Below are positions 14,088-28,794 of a DNA stretch of 64,000 nt, in pieces. The stretch is from NCBI GenBank assembly GCA_964016885.1, contig OZ024741.1, positions 407,340,001 through 407,404,000 on the forward strand, given 5' to 3'. How positions within the stretch are numbered: the first letter of the stretch is position 1; each line of letters opens with the position of its first letter. The position numbers and the translations under genes were made by a program. Under the pieces are notes generated by a model. The model ran no database searches, was not told the DNA's origin, and saw nothing but the letters and a program-made list of their open reading frames with translations. Source of the stretch: Eledone cirrhosa (lineage: Eukaryota).

Positions 14088-15720
14088 TCTTGTCGCTTAT
14101 TACGGTCGCTTTCTCAGCAGACTACCTCCACATAGTTATACGTAGACAAGTATAAAGAATTACAATATATTCAGGGTTGGAAAACAGAGGCAGGATTCTT
14201 GCTACCCGATGTTGAACCTTTTCGGCCTTTTAAGACAGACAACATACATACAAACACATAGACACTCATACATACTTACATATATATAATGTGATAACGG
14301 AGAACAAACGCACACACACACACACAGCCATATACACTCTCATACACACAATACACATTCGTTATTGTTCTTGTTATTATTGATAATATTAATATAATTA
14401 TTATAGCCATGATTATTGTTAACAATTTAAGGAATCTTAACCATTGTGCCTACACCTTGCAACACTGCAACAGCGAAAGATGAAAATAAATATAAACATA
14501 TGATTTCGGCTTAGCTTACAAAAGGTATATAAATAAATGAGCTGTTATATAAATTTAGCCAACTCAGCAAAAACATTTTACCTACTACTACGAAAATCTC
14601 TGAAAACATAAAAATGATTATCGGTTAACATTTTCAGTTAAAATCAATGTTTTAACACGTTCATAACACGAAGTGTTTTACAATTATTTCTTCTTTTCGA
14701 ACGCTGAAAATATTTATTTCTATTTTAATGCAAAGCTTAACGTCTCATTTTATTTTGTGACGATTCTATTTCATTTAAAATGAATATGAGTTATTTTTTA
14801 TATTTTAAAAAGAAATACAAATTCTTGGTTTTTTTCCTGTCTAATAACAGGAATCATACAGTTTTACTTCGATTATACGTGCTACAATATGTGCAATGTT
14901 TTTTTAAAGTTGAATAGATTTTTTTTTCTACTTGTAGAATATTTTGGTCATTCGACATACTTTGTTTCCGCAATTTCTATTTTACTTTACAAAATATTTT
15001 TTTTCTTCTAACACTTTTGTAATTAACAATATGATTACTTAATACGTGATGTTTGAGATTAAACAATCATCGCTTAAGTAATTGATAAGCCCAACAAAGA
15101 AGAACAATTAATGTTCATTGCCATAAAAAGGATTATTAAAATATACTAAAATTTCTCAATTGAATTTTGTCATTTTTTAAGAATGTGTTTGAAATTGTTT
15201 AAATATTCTGTTGTTTTACGCTGCATCAATTTGATATCTAATATTACATTTCCAAGTATCTCATCAAGGGAAGATATGTGCAACTGTCATTAGAAATGTT
15301 AGACCGAGTACGTTTTCTATGTGTCTATTTCTAACCCCCCCCCCCCCCATGGCCTTGTATAAAGTACATCCACCTGGATTCAATATCTCTAGAAAATATT
15401 TCAGAGCATTTCTCAAGAAGTTTTAATTCATGCAAGCTCGAGTTTCGTAAATGAGAACAGAAAATGTTCAACAAAAAAAAAATGAATGGAATAACAACAA
15501 CATCCAAACAAACAATACTGACTTAAGAGAAATATAAATAAATAAATAAATATATATATATACAAGCACAAACACATATAAACACACACTAGTAAACTAA
15601 GATAGAATACAATAACCAAAACAGTCATCCAAACGCGAACACACACCAAACACTATACACACACGCAAACGCATGCGCGGAGAAGACAAAAATAAATAAA
15701 TAAATAAACAGATAAAATAA

Positions 15721-16000
15721 AAATGGCGTAGATACACAATACAACAGGAGGAACATAATAGTACCACTGATGATGTTGCAGATGTGCAACGAAAGAACTT
15801 TGTTAGACTATATATATGTGTTTATATCTATATTATATCTGTATTTTTTACCGTTGTTCAGTCAATGGTAAACATTGAGGACCAAATGAATTAACTGTAG
15901 ATATATAAAAGATAAAGAAGCGAAAACCAACCAAACAGTGAGTGTGTTCTGTTATTATTTCTGGCAATATTATTACAACAATATGACCCTCCCCAAGTAT

Positions 16001-16062
<62 letters not shown>

Positions 16063-16343
16063 GTCGTAGACATTACAATACAATACGATAGGAGGGAACA
16101 TAATAATAGTACCACTGATGATGTTGCAGATGTGCACCGAAAGAACTTTGTTAGACTATATATATATATATATATTTATATCTGTATTTTTAACCGTTGG
16201 TCAATCAATGATAAACATTGATTGCCAGATGAATTAACTATGGAGATATAAAAGCTAGAGAAGCAAAAACCAACCAAACAGTGAGTGTGGTCTTCTATTA
16301 TTTCTGGGAATATTGTTACAACAATATGTCCCTCCCCAAGTAT

Positions 16344-16349
<6 letters not shown>
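15721..16349 (+). mobile_element. Head-to-tail dimer of a ~285-bp hammerhead-bearing unit (period 348 bp including TA spacer)
   Basis: Two diverged copies, each with CTGATGA (15767, 16115)-GTTGCA/TGCA(A/C)C stem II-GAAA and each ending CCTCCCCAAGTATAACA(AT)n. Confidence 0.7.
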
Positions 16350-16380
<31 letters not shown>

Positions 16381-16400
16381 TATATATATATATATATAAA

Positions 16401-17062
<662 letters not shown>

Positions 17063-17085
17063 ATATATATATATATATATATATA

Positions 17086-17295
17086 AGGAGTTGACGGACC
17101 CAGCATATTTATCAATGCCAGGACCGGTTGTATCTCAGCATACTCAATAGGTAATGTAGGATAGTTATTCGCTTCAATACAACAAACGAAAAACGGGTGC
17201 CTATAATAGTTCCCGGACTCGAGTTTCGGCCAAACTTAATGCAGCAGTAGGGTGCACTGCACCCTCTCTCTGTATATATTATGCAACAATGCATT
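17086..17295 (-). mobile_element. Penelope-like terminal fragment, family D, with hammerhead 3' half
   Basis: Minus strand reads GGCC-GAAA-CTCGAG-TC (17216-17232), with a degenerate ..TAC..CTATTGAGTA tail motif downstream; TA tracts on both sides. Confidence 0.5.
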
Positions 17296-17434
17296 ATATA
17301 TATAATATAAATTGCACAAAATCATTTGAAAGAGTATATTGGAATAAAGTTTCAGCATTTTCGCTTAAGAGCTAAAGGATATACAATATATACATACTAC
17401 TTATAATTATTAAAATTGAAGTATGATGAACTTA

Positions 17435-17620
17435 ATGTTGTGAGTTCGATTTCTGGTTGTGTTTCACGCTGCTCCAGTATATTCAGCTGAAAATGAGTAC
17501 CAGCAGTAGCTGGATGTTTAACCCTGCGATAGACTGGTGCCTTGTCCAGGATGGAAGTAATTTAACACCACGGAACCCGGGTTAAGCACCGGCCTGGTGA
17601 GCCTCCATGCTCGGGACATA
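17435..17620 (+). mobile_element. Degenerate tRNA-derived SINE fragment
   Basis: B-box-like GAGTTCGATT, then CAGCTGAAAATGAGTACC...CCTGCGATAGACTGG..CTTGTCCAGG central-domain-like motif; related to the SINEs at 18086/18805. Confidence 0.55.
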
Positions 17621-18085
17621 CTTTAGGCTACTTACTAGAACATAAGTTTATCAGCTCTATCGACTATTTATAGTAAATATTAAGTGAGTATAAGACTAAA
17701 AGCAATTAAATTCAGCAAGGATTCAATATGAAATCATACAATTCAGATCCAGGGAAGATCCTGACACTCAATATTGGATAAAATTATTTCCGACATTTAA
17801 TTATAGATCTTTACGTTCTGTAAGGATCAATAAAGTATAATACCAATCATATATTGGTGTAATCACTTCCCCTCCCTCACCACAAATTTCTGGCATTGTG
17901 CCAAATTTAAAAACCTTATGATCTGGCTTCTCTGGTTGTATTAAGATCAGTGAAATATATTAAGAAAAATAGCTATAAGGTGAAAACAGGTAATCCGCTC
18001 TAAATGAGTTTAATAATCTGTATTGCTGTTCACAAATATATTATCTCTGAACAAAGTTTAGGTTTGTGGGCATTGGTCACCAGAA

Positions 18086-18305
18086 GGTGGGTGGCTTAGT
18101 GGTTAGAGCATTGGGCTTACAATCGAAAGGTTGTGAGTTCAATTCTCGGACCGGGTGATGTGATGTTTCCTTGAACAAGACACTTTATTCCACGTTGCTC
18201 CAGTTTACTCAGCTCTAGAAATGAGATAATAGGACTGGGGTCCCTATCATTAAATTACCCAAGACACCTCCAATGAGATATACCTTGGAGGAGGCCAGCT
18301 AAACC
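18086..18305 (+). mobile_element. tRNA-derived SINE (family 2)
   Basis: A-box TGGCTTAGTGG, B-box GAGTTCAATTC, central CCTTGA.CAAGACACTTT; closely matches the reverse complement of 18585-18805. Confidence 0.85.
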
Positions 18306-18546
18306 AGACATTGGTCACGAGAAGATACTTATCAGGGCAGAACACAATATTCCCGACAGGGAAAATAATTGAATGCCTAAAAACAGCAACAGGCTTGTCA
18401 CAATAAATTATATAGCGCCAAACAAGAATATTTTCTGAAGGTAAGTTAGATGGTTTTAGTTAAATGTATATTTATTAGGTTATGTTTCATTCCTATTACT
18501 TCGTATTGTTGTTAGAATTTCAGATTTCCTATTGTCTTGTTTCTAT

Positions 18547-18805
18547 GTTGTTGTTGTTGTTGTTGATACAGCTCCACCTATGCAGGTTTAGCTGGCCAAC
18601 TCCAAGGTATATCTCGTTGGAGGTGTCTTGGGTAATTTAATGATAGGGACTCCAGTCCTATCGTCTCATTTCTACAGCTGAGTAAACTGGAGTAACGTGA
18701 AATAAAGTGTCTTGCTCAAGGAAACAACACATCACCCGGTCCGAGAATTGAACTAACAACCTTTCGATTGTAAGCTCAATGCGCTAACCACTAAGCCATG
18801 CGCCT
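18547..18805 (-). mobile_element. tRNA-derived SINE (family 2), full length with (CAA)n tail
   Basis: Starts GGCGCATGGCTTAGTGG on the minus strand and ends in (AAC)n. Confidence 0.88.
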
Positions 18806-18841
18806 AGTCATTTATTATATATTATTCAGTAGTTGAGAAAT

Positions 18842-19036
18842 AATTGTTTCTACTTTTGGCACAAGGCCAGCAATTATCCCAGTGTATTACTGGTACTTTA
18901 TTTTATCGACCCCATAAGGATGAAAGGCAAAGTTAACCTCGGCAGGATTTGAACTCAGACCATAAAGGGACATAACTCTTTTTTGCTGCAAAACATGGCG
19001 TCCGACCCTCTACCGATATTGCAAATCCACCACCTT
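18842..19036 (-). mobile_element. ~185-bp tRNA-derived SINE (family 1) with 16-bp TSD
   Basis: Diagnostic CCTTTCATCCTTA.GGGGTCGATAAAATAAAGTACCAGT; TSD GTAGTTGAGAAATAAT at 18829 and 19037. Confidence 0.92.
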
Positions 19037-19049
19037 GTAGTTGAGAAAT

Positions 19050-19345
19050 AATGGTTTCTTATATAGGCACAAGGCCAGCAATTTGGGGGGGAGGGAAAAG
19101 TCGATTACATCTAGTCCAGTGCATTACTGGTGCTTTATTTTATCGATCCCTTAAAGATGAAAGGCGTAACTAACATCTGCGGAATTTGAACTCAGAAAGT
19201 AAAGAACCGTGAATATATTCCGCAAAGTATGTTTTCCGACGTTGAATTTTATTTTACCGACTCCATAACGTAAAGGTTTGTTTCTCTTTGCCACGAACTA
19301 TGGTGTCTGACGCTCTACTGGTTTTGCCAATCCGCCATCCTCAAC
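19050..19345 (-). mobile_element. Older, longer variant of SINE family 1
   Basis: Diverged homology with an extra segment in the 3' part; the 5' end is partly duplicated. Confidence 0.75.
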
Positions 19346-19642
19346 ATCACACACGTCTACATACATTTCTATCCACAAATATCAGTCACACGAAGAAAAA
19401 GCACAGAATCACGAATGCCTTTGTATATACTTTACCTTCTGTTTTATCTCATAGATGTCGGTATTTCTTTGTTACAGATACGTGTGATACTCCGATTGCA
19501 GCTGTGAAACTTCCGGCATTGCCTACAGTTGAAGGAAATCCGACTTCTGAATTTCACTGGGAAAGAATGGACGTAACCATTAACTAAATACCAAATTTCA
19601 GTTACAAATGATTGTATAATATAATAAACATACACACACACA

Positions 19643-19705
<63 letters not shown>

Positions 19706-19709
<4 letters not shown>

Positions 19710-19882
19710 AACGAGTAGGACCCCGACGTTTCGACGGCTAATTCCGTCCAGAATTAGCCGTCGAAACGGCTTGAGCTCAGCCGTCGGGATCCTACTCGTT
19801 CCTATTACCCACTCTACTACCCTAAGTATTGAGTACTTTGGTGCGTTATGGTCCACCTGGTTCCTTACCACATTTCCTTCGT

Positions 19883-19883
<1 letters not shown>
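19706..19883 (+). mobile_element. Fold-back element, family B copy 2
   Basis: Inverted arms 19706-19744 / 19751-19804; GAAA(19763)-stem III-GTC; tail hairpin 19811-19836; sits in (TA)n. Confidence 0.82.
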
Positions 19884-19914
<31 letters not shown>

Positions 19915-19960
19915 TAAACAAATAATGAATAAACAATGAAACAGTTCCTTATATATATAT

Positions 19961-20405
19961 ATATTATTCAAAATGTTAATAAATGAAAAATATTCTCATA
20001 ATCAAAATATACATTTTATTATACATATTTCAAAGGTACAATGGTGTTTAAGTACGTTTTCATCAGACGAAATATATGATTTGATATGTGACATACCGCT
20101 ACGGCTTTGATTATTCAATTCCAGTATTGGTCAATTATTCTGCCAATACTGGAATTGAATAATCAAAGCCGTAGCGGTATGTCACATATCAAATCATATA
20201 TTTCGTCTGATGAAAACGTACTTAAACACCATTGTACCTTTGAAATATGTATAATAAAATGTATATTTTGATTATGAAAATATTTTTCATTTATTAACAT
20301 TTTGAATAATATTAAAAACTCCAGGAAAATGTACTGTTGAGTGCTTCTAATCTATTGTAATATTGTATTCGTTGAGTAATCAACGAACCATACTAATCTT
20401 TGGTT
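19961..20405 (+). mobile_element. Fold-back hammerhead element, family A copy 3
   Basis: Inverted arms 19961-20130 / 20143-20312, tail to 20405; TA flanks. Confidence 0.85.
20198..20262 (+). ncRNA. Minimal type-I hammerhead motif (mirror on - strand at ~20011-20075)
   Basis: ATATTTCGT-CTGATGA(20207)-AAACGTAC..GTACCTTT-GAAA(20242)-TATGTA-TA-ATAAAATGT. Confidence 0.72.
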
Positions 20406-20420
20406 ATATATATATATATA

Positions 20421-20751
<331 letters not shown>

Positions 20752-20977
20752 GTTATAGAAAACACTTCAGCGAAAAGCCAACAGCACTCCATAATACATA
20801 AGTGACTATAGCGTCACAATGGGAAAAATAGTTAACGTAAGATGTGGGAAAAATAATTCAAACTCATCTCAATAGACTGCTGAGTCCCTTATTAACTATT
20901 AATGAACTGAGCTGGGGTTAAGACATATTACTCATGACCATCCCTCATTTGTGAAGTATGTAGGACTGCATTATCAA

Positions 20978-21153
20978 ATTGGCAGTATCGGTAGAGGGTC
21001 GGACGCCATGCTTTCCAGCATAGTTACGTCCCTTTACGATCTGAGTTCAAATCCCGCCGAGGTTGACTTTGCCTTTCATCCTTACGGGGTCGATAAAATA
21101 AAGTACCAGTAATGCACTGGGTAATTGGTGGCCTTGTGCCTAAAGTAGAAACA
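20978..21153 (+). mobile_element. SINE family 1, 5'-truncated, TSD TTATCAAA
   Basis: Family-diagnostic sequence with a flanking direct repeat. Confidence 0.9.
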
Positions 21154-21414
21154 CTTATCAAACTGATCATTATAATATGAGGAAACGTGCCTGTTCCTTC
21201 GTGGACGTGTAGACATAAAAATAAAATAGATAAATGGTGTTTGATTTAGGCAAAAGTCCAACAATTGCGGGGAGTGGAAAGTCGGTGAAACCGATCCTAG
21301 TGCGTTACTGGTACCTTATAAATATATAATGAAATATATAAATGAAAGAATATATATAAATTGAGAAAAGGATCACTTAATAGAGGCTATAAGATCTCTT
21401 TAAAATGAAACCCG

Positions 21415-21785
21415 GCACCGTGTGGCCTATGTTAGCTCTGTCCTCGGCACCGTGTGGCATACGTTAGCTCTATCTTCCTATCTCACAACGGCGCCTGGCT
21501 CAATCTTATTCCCTCGCAATCTGGTCTGACAGCTGGTATGATACTGTTTTATGTATCGGTGTTTTCCTGACCCTTGACCTCTGGATCTGCGTGCTACACA
21601 TAAGACGCTGTGGATCCACTGTGGACTCTTTAATCCTCAACACACTATCAGACCGTTACGACGTCAGCCGCTTTCCACTCTATACTACACTCAATGAGAT
21701 TATAAAGCATGTTTTAGACGCTGCAGGCTCTCCTTCACAGCTCGAGCCGGCGGGGCTGGACCAAAGACATGACAAAAGACCAAGT
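21415..21785 (+). pseudogene. Decayed C-terminal fragment of a CRE-type non-LTR retrotransposon ORF (zinc knuckle to start of RLE)
   Basis: Frames give GAWLNLIP..., RCGSTVD..., SRFP...LNEIIKHVLDAAGSPSQLEPAGLDQRHDKRP, resembling the CRE GAWL..LP / RH..LN.II / LEP.GL...DGKRPD motifs; frameshifted. Confidence 0.65.
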
Positions 21786-22333
21786 TGTACTGGGTTACAT
21801 GTTACCAGAAGCACTCGAGAGTACCTTACTACATAAATACATGCATAATGGCTGCCCTCTCGTTATCGAGTATGGCCATTGCACGATATAACATTATTAA
21901 TAATTATTAATTAATTCTATCGTGCAATACTTGTGCGTGAACATATTTTTTTAAAGTGAGGAAAAACTGTGCACTGAGCCAATCCCACTCTCTGAACGAC
22001 GGTAGCTATAACCCGAAAAGAAGAAAAGATCAACATCATCGGCAATTACTGAGCCGCAGGTTTTATATCGGAGTTATCCCAGTTTCCTGAGTCGCCTTCT
22101 CCTAGAGGAATGCCCTGACAAAGGCTAGGGGTCTTTCACTCCAAGTGGTTTAACCGCGCGATCGGGTGTCCAGCCCGACTATTTCTATGTCCTCCGCATA
22201 TACATACACATGCACCCATGAATATACACATATACATACATATGTACATGTGTATATACATATTTACACACTTTTGAGTGTCCTTTCACTCGTATGAGTT
22301 CTTCCGCCCATACACACATACATACATACATAC

Positions 22334-23437
<1,104 letters not shown>

Positions 23438-23819
23438 CATACATACATACATACATACATACATACATACATACATACATACATAAGAGATGGATCAAAG
23501 TTGCAATTGAAATTACAAAGAGGATTAAGGCTCATGAAAAAGGGTCTATGTTTGATAACCTCCCAGTGCAAATGTAACGTGGTATTTATAGAATATTTTT
23601 TTGAATTAAACTGACGTAACGCTTATATATGGCTCCTTGAAATGCATAATAATTAACGTTCAGAATCAATGTCGTTAAGTTAAGTTGTTTATAGTCACAG
23701 TACAGAATTTCTCCGCTATATATTTGCTTAATATTCTTGTTAGGAGATATTGAACATCTTCGCCTTAATTAGTTATCTCCATCGGAAATGCGCGAAAAAA
23801 TTAAAAACGCAATATAATC

Positions 23820-23864
<45 letters not shown>

Positions 23865-23869
<5 letters not shown>

Positions 23870-24925
23870 AATGGCGTTCTGCGTTGTTGCGAATGTGATA
23901 CATATGAATTAAAAATAGAGCAAGAAACCAGTAATCTCTGTCATCAGTGATTTTCTGACTATCATCGGTATTTCTTCCCATTAAAGACCAGATACCTCAA
24001 GCGAGCGCGAACAATAACTAAAATAAGTTATTGGGATAAAAAGAATTGGGTGGAGAAAGAGAGACATGTAAACAAACAAAAAGGGTAAGGCAACGTAAAG
24101 AGAGGAAGATGAGAAAACAAGTCAGTGATACATGTGAACTTAAGTTCTAGCAAATCATTGACGAGAAGATAAAAGACGCGTCCAAACCGAGCGAAATGTA
24201 AGCGAGAAAAGGATTTCACACAGGTCAGAAGGGAGGAAGTAGCAGAGAGTGAGTGAGTGAAAGTGTGAGGAAGATTTTAGTTATTGTTCGCACTGACTTT
24301 GAGGTATCTGATCTTTAATGCGAAGAAATACCGATGATAGTCAGAAGATCACTGATTACGGATAGTCCTGGTTACTTGCTCTATTTTTAATTCATATGTA
24401 TCACATTCGCAACAACGCAGCCGCCATTTTTCATTCCTATATATTTTTCCCTCCGATGTGACCTGTCTGTTTCTATTCCCTTACTGCTATCCTCTTTCTC
24501 TCTCCTCCTTTTCTCTCCTTGTATCTCTTACTTTCATTCACCCCCTCTGCTGGTCACCCTCTCTCGGCTGGCCTCTTCCTCACACTTTCACTCACTCACT
24601 CTCTGCTACTTCCTCCATTCTGACCTGTGTGAAATCCTTTTCTCGCTTACATTTCGGTGGGTTTGGACGCGTCTTTTTTCTTCTCGTCAATGATTTGCTA
24701 GAACTTAAGTTCACATGTATCACTGACTTGTTTTCTCATTTTCCTCTCTTTACGTTGCCTTACCCTTTTTGTTTGTTTACATGTCTCTCTTTCTCCACCC
24801 AATTCTTTTTATCCCAATAACTTATTTTAGTTATTGTTCGCTCTCGCTTGAGGTATCTGGTCTTTAATGGGAAGAAATACCGATGATAGTCAGAAGATCC
24901 CTGATGACAGAGGTCACTGGTTTCA
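23865..24925. mobile_element. Inverted plus partial-tandem insertion of a 550-bp non-coding unit (Penelope-like architecture)
   Basis: Plus copy 24275-24925 with terminal redundancy (24275 and 24825 both start TTTTAGTTATTGTTCGC); inverted permuted copy at 23865-24274; begins at (TA)n. Confidence 0.75.
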
Positions 24926-25142
24926 CGGGATCTTCTGTGTTTCAGAAGATCGCGTTAATGGTGAAAGCAGCGATTCTTTGCTTAAACTTCAATCTGTTAT
25001 TTTAATAGATATTTGCTCTAGGGTTCTTATATATTTGATATATATTTATTCTTATCGAGCCCACTTTGGATTTTAGTCTTCACATTTATTATTATTACTA
25101 TATATATTATTATTATTATTCATTATTATTACTATATATATA

Positions 25143-25339
25143 GGGTGGTGAATTGGCAGTATTGGTAGAGAGTCAGACATGCTTCCCAGCGTAGTTACGT
25201 CCCTTTACGATCTGAGTTCAAATCCCGCCGAGGTTAACTTTACCTTTCATCCTTACGGGGTCGATAAAATAAAGTACCAGTAATGTAATTTAATGCGAAG
25301 AAATGTTTGTTGGCCTCGTGCCAAAAGTAGAAACAATTA
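25143..25339 (+). mobile_element. SINE family 1 with ATTATTATTACTATATATA TSD
   Basis: Family-diagnostic sequence; direct repeat on both sides. Confidence 0.9.
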
Positions 25340-25364
25340 TTATTACTATATATATATACATATA

Positions 25365-25557
25365 AATTTATCCCGGGTTCAATCGGGGGGAACCACAGTA
25401 AGTAAGGTACTCAATACATAGCAGAGTATAACAATTTAATATAGAAATGCCTCCTACAAAACTAGAACTGTTTCATTCGGGAGAAATCATTAGGAAGCCT
25501 TGATGATTTCTCCCGAATGAAACAGTTCTAATCATGTAGAAGCCATTTCCATATATA
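25365..25557 (-). mobile_element. Fold-back element, family C copy 2, with degenerate hammerhead
   Basis: Inverted arms ~25438-25494 / 25498-25557; arms read CCTAATGA and CTTGATGA followed by TTTC-TCCC-GAAT-GAAA-CAGTTC; tail hairpin 25407-25427. Confidence 0.68.
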
Positions 25558-26477
25558 TTCGACCCTCTACCGATAGTGCCAATCCACCAACACCTCTGTC
25601 TATAACAAACGTGATACATTTGATATTAAATCATCTTCAGTCCCAGTGTGTCTTGTAGCTTTTTTTATCAGTAACATATATTTCATGAACAACAGAAGGA
25701 GGGTGGGCTAATCGTTCATAGGCTGACTATGAAATAATCATGCTAGAGTTGTGAAATCTTGCATGCATTCATTTCAATTCATCTACTTAATATCTGCATT
25801 GTTTTTTTTCAGGGATTATTTGAAAAATAAACCTCATTTGGTCATTCCATGAGAGTATCTCGATCAGCCTATGAACGTTTTAGCCAAACCTTATATCATG
25901 CCGAGTTGTTCCCATATATTTAGCCTACTACTACAGCTGTCATTTCATTCTTAGGTTCTTTAGTTGTCACTCTTCTTCATGTTAACATTCTTATTTGCAG
26001 CACCTCTTCATTATTCCTCCAAACCAAATCATCTAACATTATTACAACTAATGCCTCAGTGGTTTTGGTTGTGTTCTGAATTAGTTCTTGGTAACAATCG
26101 GTTTCAATAGGTGTCGAAATACATGTTACGTTCAAAGAACTATTGATTTTTTGTTCACTGCGACAGTTTGTATGAAATACTCTATAGTCTCAGATGTTTC
26201 ATATTTTGTGATATTGTATTGCTGTGGTATTTCTTTGTATATAATACGATTATTTTCATTGTTGATCTCATGAATATTACTAACCTGGATATCAAATATG
26301 AATTCGATGGTTTCTATGTATGTTTGAATCCACTCCTGGTGATAGTGGCGCCGTAATGATATCACGGTTTCCTATGGATATTTTCTAAGTGTGGCGGAGC
26401 CGATCCCATCTCCAGGTCTAAACAGCTAATTTCTTCCAAAGAAGGAGAGAGATAGAGAAGAAGTGAGGAAGGAAGAC

Positions 26478-26620
26478 TCCAGTATTGGACTGGTACATTT
26501 TTTTACCGACCTTGAAAAGATGAAAGGTAAAGTTGACCTCGCTAGGATTTGCAGAGTTGGAACGAATGCCATAAATTATTCTATCTGAATTTCTAACGTC
26601 TTTGTTAATTCACCGCCCTG
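26478..26620 (-). mobile_element. Old SINE family 1 copy
   Basis: Diverged CTGGTAC..TTTT.CCGACC..GATGAAAGGTAAAGTTGACCTC...AATTCACCGCCC. Confidence 0.7.
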
Positions 26621-27480
26621 GGTTATTCAATTGTAATTACTATCTGCATCGGCTGTTTAAGATGGCTCATTGAATATTTTACGACCTAATGAAGTTATTT
26701 TATTAAGTTCAAAAGCACAATTGAACCTCGATGATGTTAAATTGTCCTGTATTCTTCCGGGATAAAATAAAACAAAACGACTGATTCCATCATCGAACAT
26801 GAGCGTTCATGTAATTATTATTTTACATCGTTCGGTGTTTTCCGTTTGTAAAAAAACTAAGATCTATTGATTTTGATTCTTTGACTATGTTCACCTTAAA
26901 GTTATTGTCATATGCAGCAAATCTAACTTTAGATATTTTTTATGTTTGTCTCGGATTAAATTGTGTTCATATATTTCATTGGCAGTACTCTACTTTTGTT
27001 GGCCAATATTGGGATATTTGATTTTACCGTGTTTTGGTATTTTGCCTGCTAGCTTTACTGCTGCTAGTTCTAGCTTCCTGCTTTAAGTCCAAAATGATTG
27101 ATAATAACTTTATCGTTTTTATCCTAGCAAGTCTGGCTGTTGTTGTTGTTGTTGTTGTTATGTTCCCGATGTTAGCTGTGCTATATTTTTATTTCTCTAT
27201 TTCCATGTCTATGTGATATCTTTTTAGCTAGCCTCAAGTATTAAACAAGTTTATTTTCCATTTAAGTATAGAGTGTGGCTCTAACATATGTATGTAGTTT
27301 GGGAATAACCATTGTTCTCTCCTTCTCGCCGTGCAGCATCTTGCTATATCATTTTCGTATATTTTAAGCCCCCAAATCTCATCATTTAATCATAGACCGA
27401 ATAATACAGTTTTGTTTCATTGCTATTTTCTTTAAAACTCAACTTTTCTTATATTTTCGCTTTTATTATAAGGATTTGTA

Positions 27481-27697
27481 GCGCGGGTAATTGACAGTAT
27501 CGGTAGATCGTTGGGCAACATGATTTGTGGCATATAGTTACGTCCCTCTACGTTCTGAGTTCAAATATCACAGAGGTTATATTCGCCTTTCATCCTTACG
27601 GAGACGAGAAAATAAAGTACCAGTAACAGATTAAGATCGATTTCATAAACTTCCCTCTCTCTCAAAATCGGTGACCTTGTGCTTAAATCAAAAACCT
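27481..27697 (+). mobile_element. Old SINE family 1 copy
   Basis: Diverged homology across its full length. Confidence 0.8.
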
Positions 27698-28794
27698 TTT
27701 ATGTGGATTTGTGGAATACAGCATCGTTCCTTTGACAGATAATGGGTCACTGCAGCCAGTCAATGGATATTATTTTTGTAGATGGTCATTAGACCCAGAT
27801 CAGCCTCGATCCTATGGACCCCTGAGCAAATGTTTTCAACTATGATCATCTTTTCTTCGTGTATTCCAAAGACATTGTACAATAAAGGTTTTATTTGTTC
27901 ATGAAAGTAGGGTAAGATTTCAGGAACATTTGGGATGCTATTTCTCCTACAACTACTAAATGTATTTTGTTTCTCAGCTCATGTTTTCAGCTTTTTGTAG
28001 GATTCCGTCATCGAAGTAGGCACAAAATTCCCCTACAACAATAGCCTAACTGCTCACCCCTAACAGTTGAGCGGTAAAATCCCGCTTGAAAGTCGTATGC
28101 TTTTGTTGGGGCCCGTCAAAAGACCGTATCTATCGTAAATGGTTAGACTTAATTGAGCAGATTCAATATCAAAATAATTTGAGCTATCACCTTCCCATTT
28201 ATTTTTTATTTTTTTGCGGGGCTCCACTAATTATATAATTATGAATGCATTATACCAATGTGTTTTCCATTTCTGGGGATACTAGTGTGTGGTTTTATGG
28301 ACATTTGACTGCTATTCCTTGTATGTTAAGCAAGTTATTAATAGCTATGTTTTAAGTTACAATAGACATCAGATGAGGCTGCTACTCTTTACCTCATGTC
28401 AGGTTTTATCTAAAAGGTCTATTGTGAAAGCATTGTAGCCGTCACCATTCAGTGATATGATTATGTTGGACTGCATTAACGAATGGTCCACTCTTTTCTA
28501 TAATGTTAAGCATCCACATAAATGCACGTGTATTGGGATGAATGGGTACCAGTTAAATAGTTACTACTTACATGTACTTGTGGCGTCGTTCACCCGGGGA
28601 GGGTGGAGACGGCTCCATCGAAGGAATTAACCTTGTAAGTTCATTTCAATAGAGTTTCGTCGGGCTATTCGTTACACAAGCGGTGCTCGGTCGCAAATAT
28701 ATTCACTTTATATTGCATCGGTTATTGCACCGATCTCTCGCTTTCACTCACAAGCCAATTTGGTGAAGCCAGTACCGCGACGAGGACTCATGTG

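Noticed and set aside
18086-18160. tRNA genes at SINE heads
   Set aside because: A/B boxes are present but there is no full cloverleaf, and they continue into SINE bodies.
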